From the NCBI GenBank assembly GCA_963762925.1, contig CAVXMP010000024.1, positions 37,187 to 69,186 on the forward strand: DNA of 32,000 nucleotides, given 5' to 3'. The DNA comes from an uncultured Acidobacteriota bacterium. GTDB lineage: Bacteria > Acidobacteriota > Vicinamibacteria > Vicinamibacterales > UBA2999. The notes beneath the pieces are model-generated. The model was not told the origin of the DNA, ran no database searches, and saw only the letters and a list, made by a program, of their open reading frames with translations. Below are positions 21,238 through 32,000 of the stretch, piece after piece; the first letter of the stretch is position 1; every line of letters starts with the position of its first letter. A program made the position numbers and the translations under genes.

Positions 21238-21765
21238 TCACCGAAGCGCCGTAATCGAGCCGCTTCGAACGATCGAATCAGATGCGGCGCCGCCGTGAGG
21301 CGGCGATTCGATTTCCACGTCCACACTGCCGCGGTCATCGGTCACAAACGCCGTGACCGGACGGTCGTCGATAACCACCGTGAAGGTCGCGCGTGCAGCG
21401 AGTTTGATAATGTCGATTTCGAGTTCCTGCCGGCGGTCGGATGCATTCGCGCTGGGTATGTCCACCTCGACTTCGCCGATCACTTGCGTGCCGCTACGGT
21501 CGGTCAGGGCTGCGTCCTTTTCGATGTTTCCCGATGGATCGGTCCGAGTCCTGAACTCACCGCTCAGTATCGTCCCTCCGGCGGCGTCGCGAATTTCCAC
21601 AATGTGAGCCTCCGAAAGGTCTCCCATCTTCAACGTTTGACCGAGACGGGGTTCGCTACCCAACGCGACCCCGACAGCCAGGAAGCAGCCGCATACGCTC
21701 ATCAGTACCAGAAACAACTGTCGATCCTGTCGCCGATCGATTTCGCCGTGTTCAAATGCCTGCAT
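21238..21765 (-). CDS. Hypothetical membrane-anchored or secreted beta-rich protein.
   Basis: Part of ORF 21238..21945. The upstream 60 codons overlap the permease 3' end, so ATG 21765 (MQAFEHGEIDRRQDRQLFLVLMSVCGCFLAVGVALG) or ATG 21702 is the likely start. Protein-like body: ..GEVEVDIPSANASDRRQELEIDIIKLAARATFTVVIDDRPVTAFVTDDRGSVDVEIE. No family assigned. Confidence 0.45.
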   Translation of the reverse strand: MQAFEHGEIDRRQDRQLFLVLMSVCGCFLAVGVALGSEPRLGQTLKMGDLSEAHIVEIRDAAGGTILSGEFRTRTDPSGNIEKDAALTDRSGTQVIGEVEVDIPSANASDRRQELEIDIIKLAARATFTVVIDDRPVTAFVTDDRGSVDVEIESPPHGGAASDSIVRSGSITALR

Positions 21766-21841
21766 AGTGGAGAGCGTAGCGCTGAGGACGTGAACAACAG
21801 ATAAATGAACGGGCAGCAAGGTGCGCTCACGTGAAAAGGCC

Positions 21842-24301
<2,460 letters not shown>

Positions 24302-24523
24302 GCCAGCCTCCTGTGCCCTGTTCGAGCCAAGTTAGACACCGCGCAGGGCGATTCGGGCGACCTCGGGATTCGATGACGTCGCCGTTGACCGCAAGAGGCC
24401 GCCGCAATCGAATCCGCCGCGGTCGAGGCCGATGATCCCACGTGTCGGGTTGCACGACCTTTCGGGACCCTGTTACAGTCCGCTGCACTTGACGCGATCT
24501 TCTGGGCAATTCGCACACGCGCC

Positions 24524-25180
24524 ATGACGTCGGTCCATGTGATCACCCGACTCGGCGCCGGTAGAAACGTATGCGCGGTCGCCGTGCTGCTGACGCTTGC
24601 GTCGTCGATCTCCACTCATGCGCTGCCCGCCCTCCGCTCAGCCGACATTCGCGTCACGATCCCCTCGGCCGATGCGTGCGATGTAACCATGCTGCTCGCC
24701 GTCGAGGGTGGCGGCCCTGTCGATCACCGCATCGAGGCGGTCGATGACACGCAGATCGTCGTGTCGGCGCTTCGCGGTGCCCGACAAGTGCAGGAACCGC
24801 GCACGGTCGGCCGCACGCGGTCGCTGGTACTCGATAGCGCGATGAGCGAGTATGAGCTCACGTATTCGGTGCGGCAAGTCGCGATGCAAAACCGCTGTCC
24901 GCTGTGGGTGCCGGCGGCGCCTGCCGATGGTGTGTCTCGCGCCGTGCGTATCAGTGTGGCCCTTCCTCCGGCGATGTCCGCGCACTCGACGATGCCCGCC
25001 TTCACCTGGACTGGGTCGACAGGAACCACCACGCTCGGCCACATCCCCGCGTTCGTCCTCGTGCCGTTCGCGCCGGCCGGCGAATCGGCGGCGTGGGATA
25101 TTTCCACGACGATGGACCTCGTGACCGTCCTCGTCTTTGTTGGCGCAACCGGCATCTGGATCTGGCGGCGGAGAGGCTGA
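24524..25180 (+). CDS. Hypothetical exported protein with C-terminal TM anchor, translationally close-coupled to the symporter.
   Basis: Intact 218-aa ORF. Signal-like N-terminus (VCAVAVLLTLASSISTHA) and C-terminal helix LVTVLVFVGATGIWIW-RRRG. The stop at 25178-25180 lies 4 nt before the symporter ATG. No family assigned. Confidence 0.5.
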   Translation: MTSVHVITRLGAGRNVCAVAVLLTLASSISTHALPALRSADIRVTIPSADACDVTMLLAVEGGGPVDHRIEAVDDTQIVVSALRGARQVQEPRTVGRTRSLVLDSAMSEYELTYSVRQVAMQNRCPLWVPAAPADGVSRAVRISVALPPAMSAHSTMPAFTWTGSTGTTTLGHIPAFVLVPFAPAGESAAWDISTTMDLVTVLVFVGATGIWIWRRRG

Positions 25181-25184
25181 CGAC

Positions 25185-26780
25185 ATGGGTTTTGGCTGGA
25201 GCTTCTACGGGTTCTTCGCGGCTGCGGCTGTGTGGTTGCTGCTCTATTTCATCTGGGCGGTACCGAGCCGCGGCCCGCGATCGCCAGCGAGCGGCGCGGT
25301 GACAGCCGACTCCCCCGTGCTCATCGCGGTTGTGTTCGTGTATCTCGCGATCGTGTTTGGGGTGTCGATCTGGGGATATCTCCACACAGAAACCGAGGTG
25401 GATTTTCTCGCCGCCGGGCGTTCGATCGGACCGTGGGTTGGCGGCGCCGTGCTTGCCTCGACCCAGATCAGCGCCGGTACCTACGTCGGCACGCTGGGCC
25501 GCCACTATCTGACCGGCGTGAGCTGGACCTGGATCTGGTTTGGGCTCTGGTCCGGATGGATCATCTCGGCGATCTTTGTTGCGCCGAAGTTAAGACGCTT
25601 CGGTGCGCTCACCGTGGCCGACTACGTCGGCAAGCGCTTCGCCAGCGAAGGCGCTCGCACACTCGCGGCGGCGCTCATCATCATCACCTACACGATTCTG
25701 CTGACGGCGCAGTTCCAGGCGATCGGCGAGATCACGTCGGCGATCTTCGGGCTCGAGCCGCTTGTGGCGATGACGGCGCTTCTCGCGAGCACGGGCTTCT
25801 ACACGGCACTCGGCGGCGTACGCTCGAGTTCGTACATCGAGTTCGTGCAGACGCTGATCATGGTGCTTGCACTCGTGTGCGCGGTGCCAGTCGTCATCTC
25901 ACATGTCGGCGGCGTGCAGGCGCTGGGCGAATACGTCGGATCGATCGAACCGCGCGTCACGGGCTGGTGGTTCAGCTGGCGCGAGTTGGTGGCGTTCGGG
26001 ATGGCATTCGGACTGTCGATCGCAGCGGCGCCCTACGAGATGACGCGTTACTACTCGATGCGTGACGTGACCACTGTGCGCTACGCGATCGGCATTTCCA
26101 TGGCAGCGCAAGTCGTGATCGGCGCCAGCGTCATGATTCTCGGGATCGGCATGCGTGGTATTTTTCCCTACCTGCCCTCACCCGATCAGGCGTCGAGCAT
26201 CATGGCGTCGACGATCATGTCACCGCTCCTTGGCTCGCTGTTCCTGGTGGCGATGCTCTCGGCCATCATGTCCACCGTCAATTCGATTTTGCTTGTCACC
26301 GGGGGAGCGTTTGCGCATGACTTCTACAAGCGTTTGGTCAACCCGCCATGCGACGGAGCGGCAGGTGATTTGGGTGAACCGCGTCTCGATCGTGGTGCTC
26401 GGCATCGTGCCGTTCTGGTTTGCCACCCGCAAGATTGGCGACGTTCAGGCGATCGTCGTCGAACAGGCGAAGTTCATCGCCAGTTTCTTCTTCGTGCCTG
26501 TCGTGCTCGGGTTTGAACTGGCGCCGCGGCACGCGCGAGGGCGCCATCTGGAGCATGGTGGCAGGGTTTCTCGGCTGCCTGATCTGGACGTTGACATTGC
26601 AGCGCAGCTTCGCCTCGCACGGCATCGATTCCGTCGAAGTCGGTGTCGCGCTGAGCGCCGTCGTCTTCGTCGTGGTGAGTCGCATGACGCGGCCGACCCC
26701 GGCGGAGAATCTCCGCATTTTCTTCGACGATGCACGCAAATGCTGCAGCTGTGGAGGATTCCCGTGTCACAGGCATTTAG
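25185..26780 (+). CDS. Sodium:solute symporter (SSS) family transporter. At least 2-3 frameshifts; 3' end uncertain.
   Basis: GGAGAGG precedes ATG 25185. ORF 25137..26516 (..DFLAAGRSIGPWVGGAVLASTQISAGTYVGTLG..., LTVADYVGKRF, ..MSTVNSILLVTGGAFAHDFYKRLVNP). It switches near 26345 into the 26155 frame (HATERQVIWVNRVSIVVLGIVPFWFA...FFFVPVVLG). It switches again near 26512 into the 26420 frame (LNWRRGTREGAIWSMVAGFLGCLIW...RPTPAENLRIFFDDA). The natural stop is not visible in that frame; TAG at 26778-26780 in the third frame is my guess. Confidence 0.8.
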
Positions 26781-28582
26781 CGTTTTTCGAGATGAGCCGC
26801 TCGAGCGGGCGATGTGCGATGCCATCGGGCTCGACGAGCCGCGTGCGCTGCTGGACACATTCGTCACGCTCGTCCGCGAATCCGGTACGGCTGCCGAAGA
26901 AGAAGCCGGCCACTATCTGGTGGAGCGGCTTCGTGCGCTGGGCATCCCGGTTACGCTGCATACACCGGATCTCTATATCAGCGTGCCCGAGCGCGCCGAG
27001 CTCACGGTCACGTCCTCTGACGAGCGGAAGTCGCTCAAAGCGCGTCCGCCGGCGATGGCGCGATCCACAGGTGATCGACCCGTCGCTGGCGAGGTGTGTT
27101 ACATCGCATCACGTTATGCCGCCGGGACGTCGACGCTGTTCGACATACCCGATGCGGCGCGCGGCGGCGACACCGGCACCGATCCGGTCAAGGGACGCAT
27201 TGTCCTCACCGAGGGCTACTCGATGCCCGGCCCGGTGCAGGCCTTCGAACGGCGCGGCGCCATCGCGCAGATCTACATCCACCCCGGCAGGAACATTCAC
27301 GAAGGGATCTGCACCTCGATCTGGGGCGCACCAACCGCGGAATCGATCGGGCGCAAACCGACAACCCCCGTGGTGTGCATCAACCATCCGGATGGCGAAG
27401 CGCTTATTGCCGCAGTGCAGCAGGGCACGGTGCAGGCAGAGGTCAAAACCTGGCTCCGCGAGGGGTGGATGCGTTGCCTGCTTCCGGTCGCGGAGATTCG
27501 CGGCCAGACTGACCCCGACGAATTTCTGCTGCTGCACGGGCACTACGACTCGTGGTACGAGGGCATCGGCGACAACGCCACCGGCGACGCGGCGCTCCTC
27601 GAGCTCGCGCGGCTGCTCTGGAATTTTCGCGATCGCTTGAAGCGAACCGTACGCATCGCCTGGTGGCCCGGCCACTCGACCGGCCGCTACGCCGGTTCCA
27701 CTTGGTATGCGGACACCTTTGCCCAGGATATCGACGAGTTCTGCATCGCGCAGCTCGACATCGACTCACCGGGCTGCGCCGATGCCACCGCCTACGAGGA
27801 AGTGATGTGGATGGCGGAAGCGGATGCGTTGTGCAAGGCGTCGATTCAGGATGCGCTGGGACTTCCCTCACAGCGCGTGCGCCCGTTGCGTGCCGGCGAT
27901 TATTCGTTCAATCAGATCGGCCCGACCGGCCTCTACATGCTCCTGTCGAACATCCCGATCGAGGAGCGTAAACGGCGCGGGTATTACGCCGTCGGCGGCT
28001 GCGGCGGCAACATCGCGTGGCACACGCCGGACGACCTGATGCCTGTGGCCGACCTCGAGATCCTGCGTCGCGACCTGGCCGTCTATGTGACGACGATCGT
28101 GCGCATCCTCAACGCGCCGCTGCATCCGTTCGACTATGCGGCTGCCGTAGAGGAGATCCGCGGCGCGATTGCCGACTACCAGCGTGCCGCCGGCAAGGAC
28201 GTCGACTTCGCGCCGATGCTCGACGAACTCGCGGCGCTCGCGAAGGACATCCGGACGTGGCGTGCCGAAGCCGAGTCACGCATCGGCCGCTCGGCGGCCG
28301 ACGCAGTCGGAGCGGCGCCGCTTCAACGGCGTGCTCCGCAATCTGGCGCGCCATCTCGTGCCCCTCAACTACGCGCGTGGCGAGCGCTTCGATCACGATC
28401 CTGCGCTCAAGTTCGGCGCAGTGCCGCGACTCGAGGCGGCAGCAACCCTCGCATCAGCGCCCGCGGAGCTGCGTCCGTTTATCAAGGTCGGTCTCGTGCG
28501 CGAGCTCAACAAAGTACGCGCCGTGGTCCGAGCGGCACGGCGCGAACTGAAGGCGTCGATTGACGCTCGCGTGCTGCAATAG
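26740..28582 (+). CDS. M28-family (PA-domain, glutamate-carboxypeptidase-II-like) metallopeptidase homologue. One frameshift.
   Basis: In the frame of ORF 26155..28563, starting at ATG 26740 (alternative GTG 26764). ..LLLHGHYDSWYEGIGDNATGDAALLELARLL.. matches the M28 H.D / G.DN.SG metal-ligand motifs. Also ..QLDIDSPG.. and ..GGNIAWHTPDD... A break near 28305 leads into ORF 28169..28582 (..ERRRFNGVLRNLARHLVPLNYARGERFDHDPALK...). Confidence 0.7.
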
Positions 28583-28624
28583 CGAGTGCTTTCGCACGGT
28601 CGCGAGTCGCGTTGAAGGAGTCGC

Positions 28625-29374
28625 ATGATGCCAGCCACGATCCTCTATCAAGTTCCTGGCGACATGACGGCTGGCCCACTTGGTTCGGCCGAGATCGCGC
28701 GTCGACGCGACATCCTGCAGGGCTGGGCTGCGCCGGGCATCATCGTCGACGCCGCCGATGCCCCTGGCGGCCCGCTCAGCATCGAGAGTCACTGCGAAGA
28801 GATCTTGTGCGTGCCGCCGATGATTCGCGCGCTGCAACGCCGCTCGGAGAGCCCGGACGCGATCATCATCGGCTGCTTCGGCGATCCTGGTCTCGCGGCA
28901 TTGCGTGAGCTGTTTGACTGCCCTGTCGTCGGCCCATTCGAAGCGTCAATCCATCTCGCCGCCCAACTCGGGGCGCGCGTAGGCGTCGTCACCATTCTCG
29001 ACAGCGTCGTACCGATGCTCGATCACCTCGCCCGCGGCATGGGTCTGTCGCTTCGCTACGCCGGCGCGACGGCCATCGACGTTCCGGTACTCGAGTTGAA
29101 GAAGGACGCGGGGCTTGTCGTCGAGCGCGTCGTGCGCGCTGGACAGCATCTGATGGACCGCCACGGTGCGGACGTGTTGGTGCTCGGGTGCATGAGCCTC
29201 GCCTTTCTTGGCGTGGCTGAGGAAGTACGGCCGCGCCTGGGAGTGCCGGTCGTCAATCCCGCGAAGTGCGCTCTCAAAACCGCTGTATCGCTCGTTGCGC
29301 AACACCTTGCCGCCAGCCGGCGGACCTACGCTAAGCCGCGCAAATCCATCTTCGCGGCGGAGGAAACACGATGA
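28625..29374 (+). CDS. Asp/Glu/hydantoin racemase family protein.
   Basis: Intact 249-aa ORF; GAAGGAG lies upstream of ATG 28625. It has the two half-site Cys motifs typical of the family: ..AIIIGCFGDPGL.. and ..VLVLGCMSLAFL. Confidence 0.75.
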   Translation: MMPATILYQVPGDMTAGPLGSAEIARRRDILQGWAAPGIIVDAADAPGGPLSIESHCEEILCVPPMIRALQRRSESPDAIIIGCFGDPGLAALRELFDCPVVGPFEASIHLAAQLGARVGVVTILDSVVPMLDHLARGMGLSLRYAGATAIDVPVLELKKDAGLVVERVVRAGQHLMDRHGADVLVLGCMSLAFLGVAEEVRPRLGVPVVNPAKCALKTAVSLVAQHLAASRRTYAKPRKSIFAAEETR

Positions 29375-31272
29375 AGACCGTTCTCGTCGCGGCGGCGGCT
29401 GCGATTCTGCTCGCCACTCCACAACCGCTGCACTCGCAGGCTGCAAAGCCGAGAGCGCTCACCATCGAGAACATCTTCGGCGGCCAAGGCGCCGGCGGCG
29501 CGCGACAGGTGTCGCTCTCGCCCGACGGCAAGTTGATTGCCGTGAGCGGCGAGGGGCCATCAGGAAATGGCGTCTACCTGTGGAACACCGGCGAAGCACC
29601 GGCGGCGCCGACGTTCTGGCTCCAGGGGACCGTCGCTGCATGGTTTCCGGACAGCCAACGGATGGTGTTCTGGCGCCAGGGCGATCTCTTTGCGGCGCGC
29701 GTGGGATCAACTGAGGCAACGCAGATTACAAGGGACAAAGACGATGAACGCGATCCCGCCGTGTCACCGGACGGACGATGGATTGCCTTCTACTCGTCGC
29801 GAAGCGGCCACCAGGACATCTGGCTCGTCGCAAGCGACGGCAGCGCGCCCTCGAAGCAACTGACGAGGCAGGCGATGGCGCTCGACGACCCACGGTTTGC
29901 CCCGGCATGGTCTCCAGACAGCAAGCAGATCGCCTACATCTCGAACAAGAGCGACTACTGGCACGACGACGTGTGGGTGATCGACGTCAGCTCGGGATCA
30001 CCGAAACAGCTGTCGAAAAGTCTGATGGCGGCGTCCACGCCGGCGTGGTCACCGGACGGTCGATCGATCGCACTGCTCGGATCAGCGAAAAAGGGGTACT
30101 GGTACGAGGACCTCCAGGACATCTGGGTCCTCGATACCGCTCGCGGGACTGAGCGAACGGTCATCATGCAAATCACCGCCACGGACTGGTTGCACAGCCT
30201 GCCGGTGTACTGGTCGGGCGACGGGCAGCGATTCTTCTTCGTCTATCACGAGCGCGGCGATCTCAATCTGTGGTCGGTCCCGGCGGCGGGGGGCGTGGCC
30301 ACGCGTCTCACGCACGAGCGCGGCACCTTGCGCTCGTTCGCCACCAATGCACAGGGCGATGCATTCGTCTACATTCGCTCCGGACCGGTGATTGGCTCCG
30401 AGGCCCACTACCTGCCTGTGATCGGCGGACCGCCGCGCCAACTCACGACGTTTGCCGAAGCATGGGAAGGCGTGCGCGAGCCGCAGGAGGTGTCGTTCCG
30501 ATCGTTCGACGGCCTTTACATCCAGGGCTTCCTCTACCTGCCGCCAAACAGACAGCCGAACGCCCGCTATCCCGCGCTGGTGCAGGTGCACGGCGGCGGC
30601 ACCAACTCATACCTCCGAACGCAGAACCTGCTCGAGCAGTACCTTGCCTCAAAAGGCTATGTCGTGATGGCCATCAACTACCGAGGAGGTTCCGGCTTCG
30701 GGCGCGAGTTCCAGAATCTGGGCGTCAACGACTGGGCCACGGGTCAGGCGCACGATGCTGCGATCGCCGCTGATTTCATGCGTGTCGCTGCCGTACGTGA
30801 ACGGCAAAGTCGGCATCTACGGCTACAGCTACGGCGGCATCATGACGATGGCGACGATCGCGCGGCATCCTGACAAGTACAACGCCGCGGTGCCGATGGC
30901 CGGCATCTACGACTTCGGCGATGCGCTCACCAATGCCGATCGCCTGGGCAAGATCTTCACGCGCACCGGCCACGGCGGCGATCCGCCGAGCGCAAGGAGA
31001 TTTACGCCCGCAGCAACACGCTGGCGCGGGTGAAGGACGTCAAGACACCGCTCCTCATCATGCACGGCGAGGCCGACGTGCGCGCGCCTTATCGGCAGTA
31101 CCAGCTTGCCGTGGAGATCCTGAAGAAGACGGGCAAGACGTTCGAGAGCAAGAGTTATCCCGGCGAGCCGCACGGCTTCCGCAATCCGGCGAACCGCATC
31201 GACATGTATCACCGGCTCGAAGCGTTCTTCGACAAATACCTGAAGACGACGACCTCGTCGAGCCGGCAATGA
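29371..31272 (+). CDS. S9 family serine peptidase (TolB-like beta-propeller plus alpha/beta-hydrolase domain). Two frameshifts.
   Basis: ATG 29371 overlaps the racemase stop (ATGA). Signal peptide MKTVLVAAAAAILLATPQPLHSQA. Propeller repeats: SPDGKLIAV, SPDGRWIAFYS, SPDSKQIAYIS, SPDGRSIALL. Hydrolase part: VQVHGGG..., with the nucleophile elbow GYSYGG (30821-30838) in ORF 30755..31033, and ..TPLLIMHGEADVRAP..GEPHGF in ORF 31030..31272. Breaks near 30785 (1-nt insertion) and 30987 (1-nt deletion). Confidence 0.85.
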
Positions 31273-32000
31273 AGCTGGCTCTGGCTGCCGACCGTGTCTT
31301 TACCGCACGGTCGGATGCGGCCGAATTCGGCGTCGTCGTGATCGACGGTGGCCGAATCGTTGGCGTGGAATCCGCTGCGCCACCCGGTGTGTCGCTCGTC
31401 GAGTTGCGCGGCGCAACTCTTCTGCCTGGTCTGATCGACGCGCATACGCACCTGTCGATCATGCCGTCGCGCGGCAACCAGATCGAGCAGATGAAGCAAC
31501 CAGTTGCCGAGCAGCTCGCGACAGCTCGCAGCAACGTGTTCACGGATTTGCTGTCGGGCGTCACGACGTTGCGCGTGATGGGTCAGGAGATGGATGTGGA
31601 TTTCCTGCTCCGCGACGAGATCGCGCGCGGCGAGACGATGGGTCCCGAGCTCGTGTGCGCCGGCGTACAGCTCGCGAAACCGGGTGGGCACGGTCACGCG
31701 TTGACGGCGGTGACGAGCGAAACCGAAATCGTCCAACTGATCGATCGGAATGCGGCAAGAGGCGCTGGTCTGATCAAGATTTTCACAACCGGCGGCGTGT
31801 CCAGCGTGGCGACTTCGTCGGGCGACTGCCCGTTCACGCCGCGAGAGGTCAGGTGCGCAGCGGATGCCGCCCATCGCCACGGGCTCAAGCTGGCGTCGCA
31901 TGCGCACGGCGGTGCCGGTGCGCGGATCGCCCTCGAGAACGGCGTGGATACCATCGAGCACGCGGTGCTCTTCGACGACGAGCTGATCGTGGAAGCGGCG
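31269..32000 (+). CDS. Amidohydrolase superfamily protein (metal-dependent hydrolase), 3'-partial.
   Basis: Not in the ORF track because it has no stop inside the window. ATG 31269 overlaps the S9 stop (ATGA). MKLALAADRVFT...GATLLPGLIDAHTHLS (H-x-H metal motif) ...IKIFTTGG...ASHAHG...DTIEHA. Confidence 0.75.
   Translation, partial: MKLALAADRVFTARSDAAEFGVVVIDGGRIVGVESAAPPGVSLVELRGATLLPGLIDAHTHLSIMPSRGNQIEQMKQPVAEQLATARSNVFTDLLSGVTTLRVMGQEMDVDFLLRDEIARGETMGPELVCAGVQLAKPGGHGHALTAVTSETEIVQLIDRNAARGAGLIKIFTTGGVSSVATSSGDCPFTPREVRCAADAAHRHGLKLASHAHGGAGARIALENGVDTIEHAVLFDDELIVEAA

Overview
High-GC bacterial chromosomal window, most consistent with Acidobacteriota: it carries an intact 819-aa duplicated MacB/FtsX 'ADOP'-type orphan permease. 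I found no rRNA, tRNA, CRISPR array, transposase or prophage genes. The content falls into three blocks. (1) 1-9070: a secreted VWA protein lies divergent from a receptor-type Ser/Thr kinase (kinase-TM-Sel1 repeats). Downstream on the same strand come a membrane-anchored TIR protein, a ~1000-aa orphan membrane protein, and a ~290-aa module with no start codon of its own. (2) 9192-20321, mostly minus strand: a REC-HATPase regulator and a heavily disrupted GAF-PAS-HisKA-HATPase-REC-REC-HPt hybrid kinase. These are followed by a lipocalin-like and an NHL-propeller gene on the plus strand, then an orphan PAAR-like DUF4150 gene, a TIR-TM-WD40 protein (~940 aa), a small secreted protein and a TauE/SafE permease. 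(3) 21238-32000: the ADOP permease plus a tightly packed plus-strand operon for peptide/amino-acid use (SSS symporter, M28-like protein, Asp/Glu racemase, S9 peptidase, amidohydrolase). The most interesting content is the pair of unrelated membrane-associated TIR proteins, each next to uncharacterised partners, in a neighbourhood that also holds STK, VWA, WD40 and PAAR-like domains. None of this matches a defence or signalling system I can name. Major caveat: at least ~40 single-base indels break conserved genes across the window. The ORF track therefore fragments most genes, and my gene models are merged across frames with approximate break positions. All family assignments come from motifs read by eye, not from searches.
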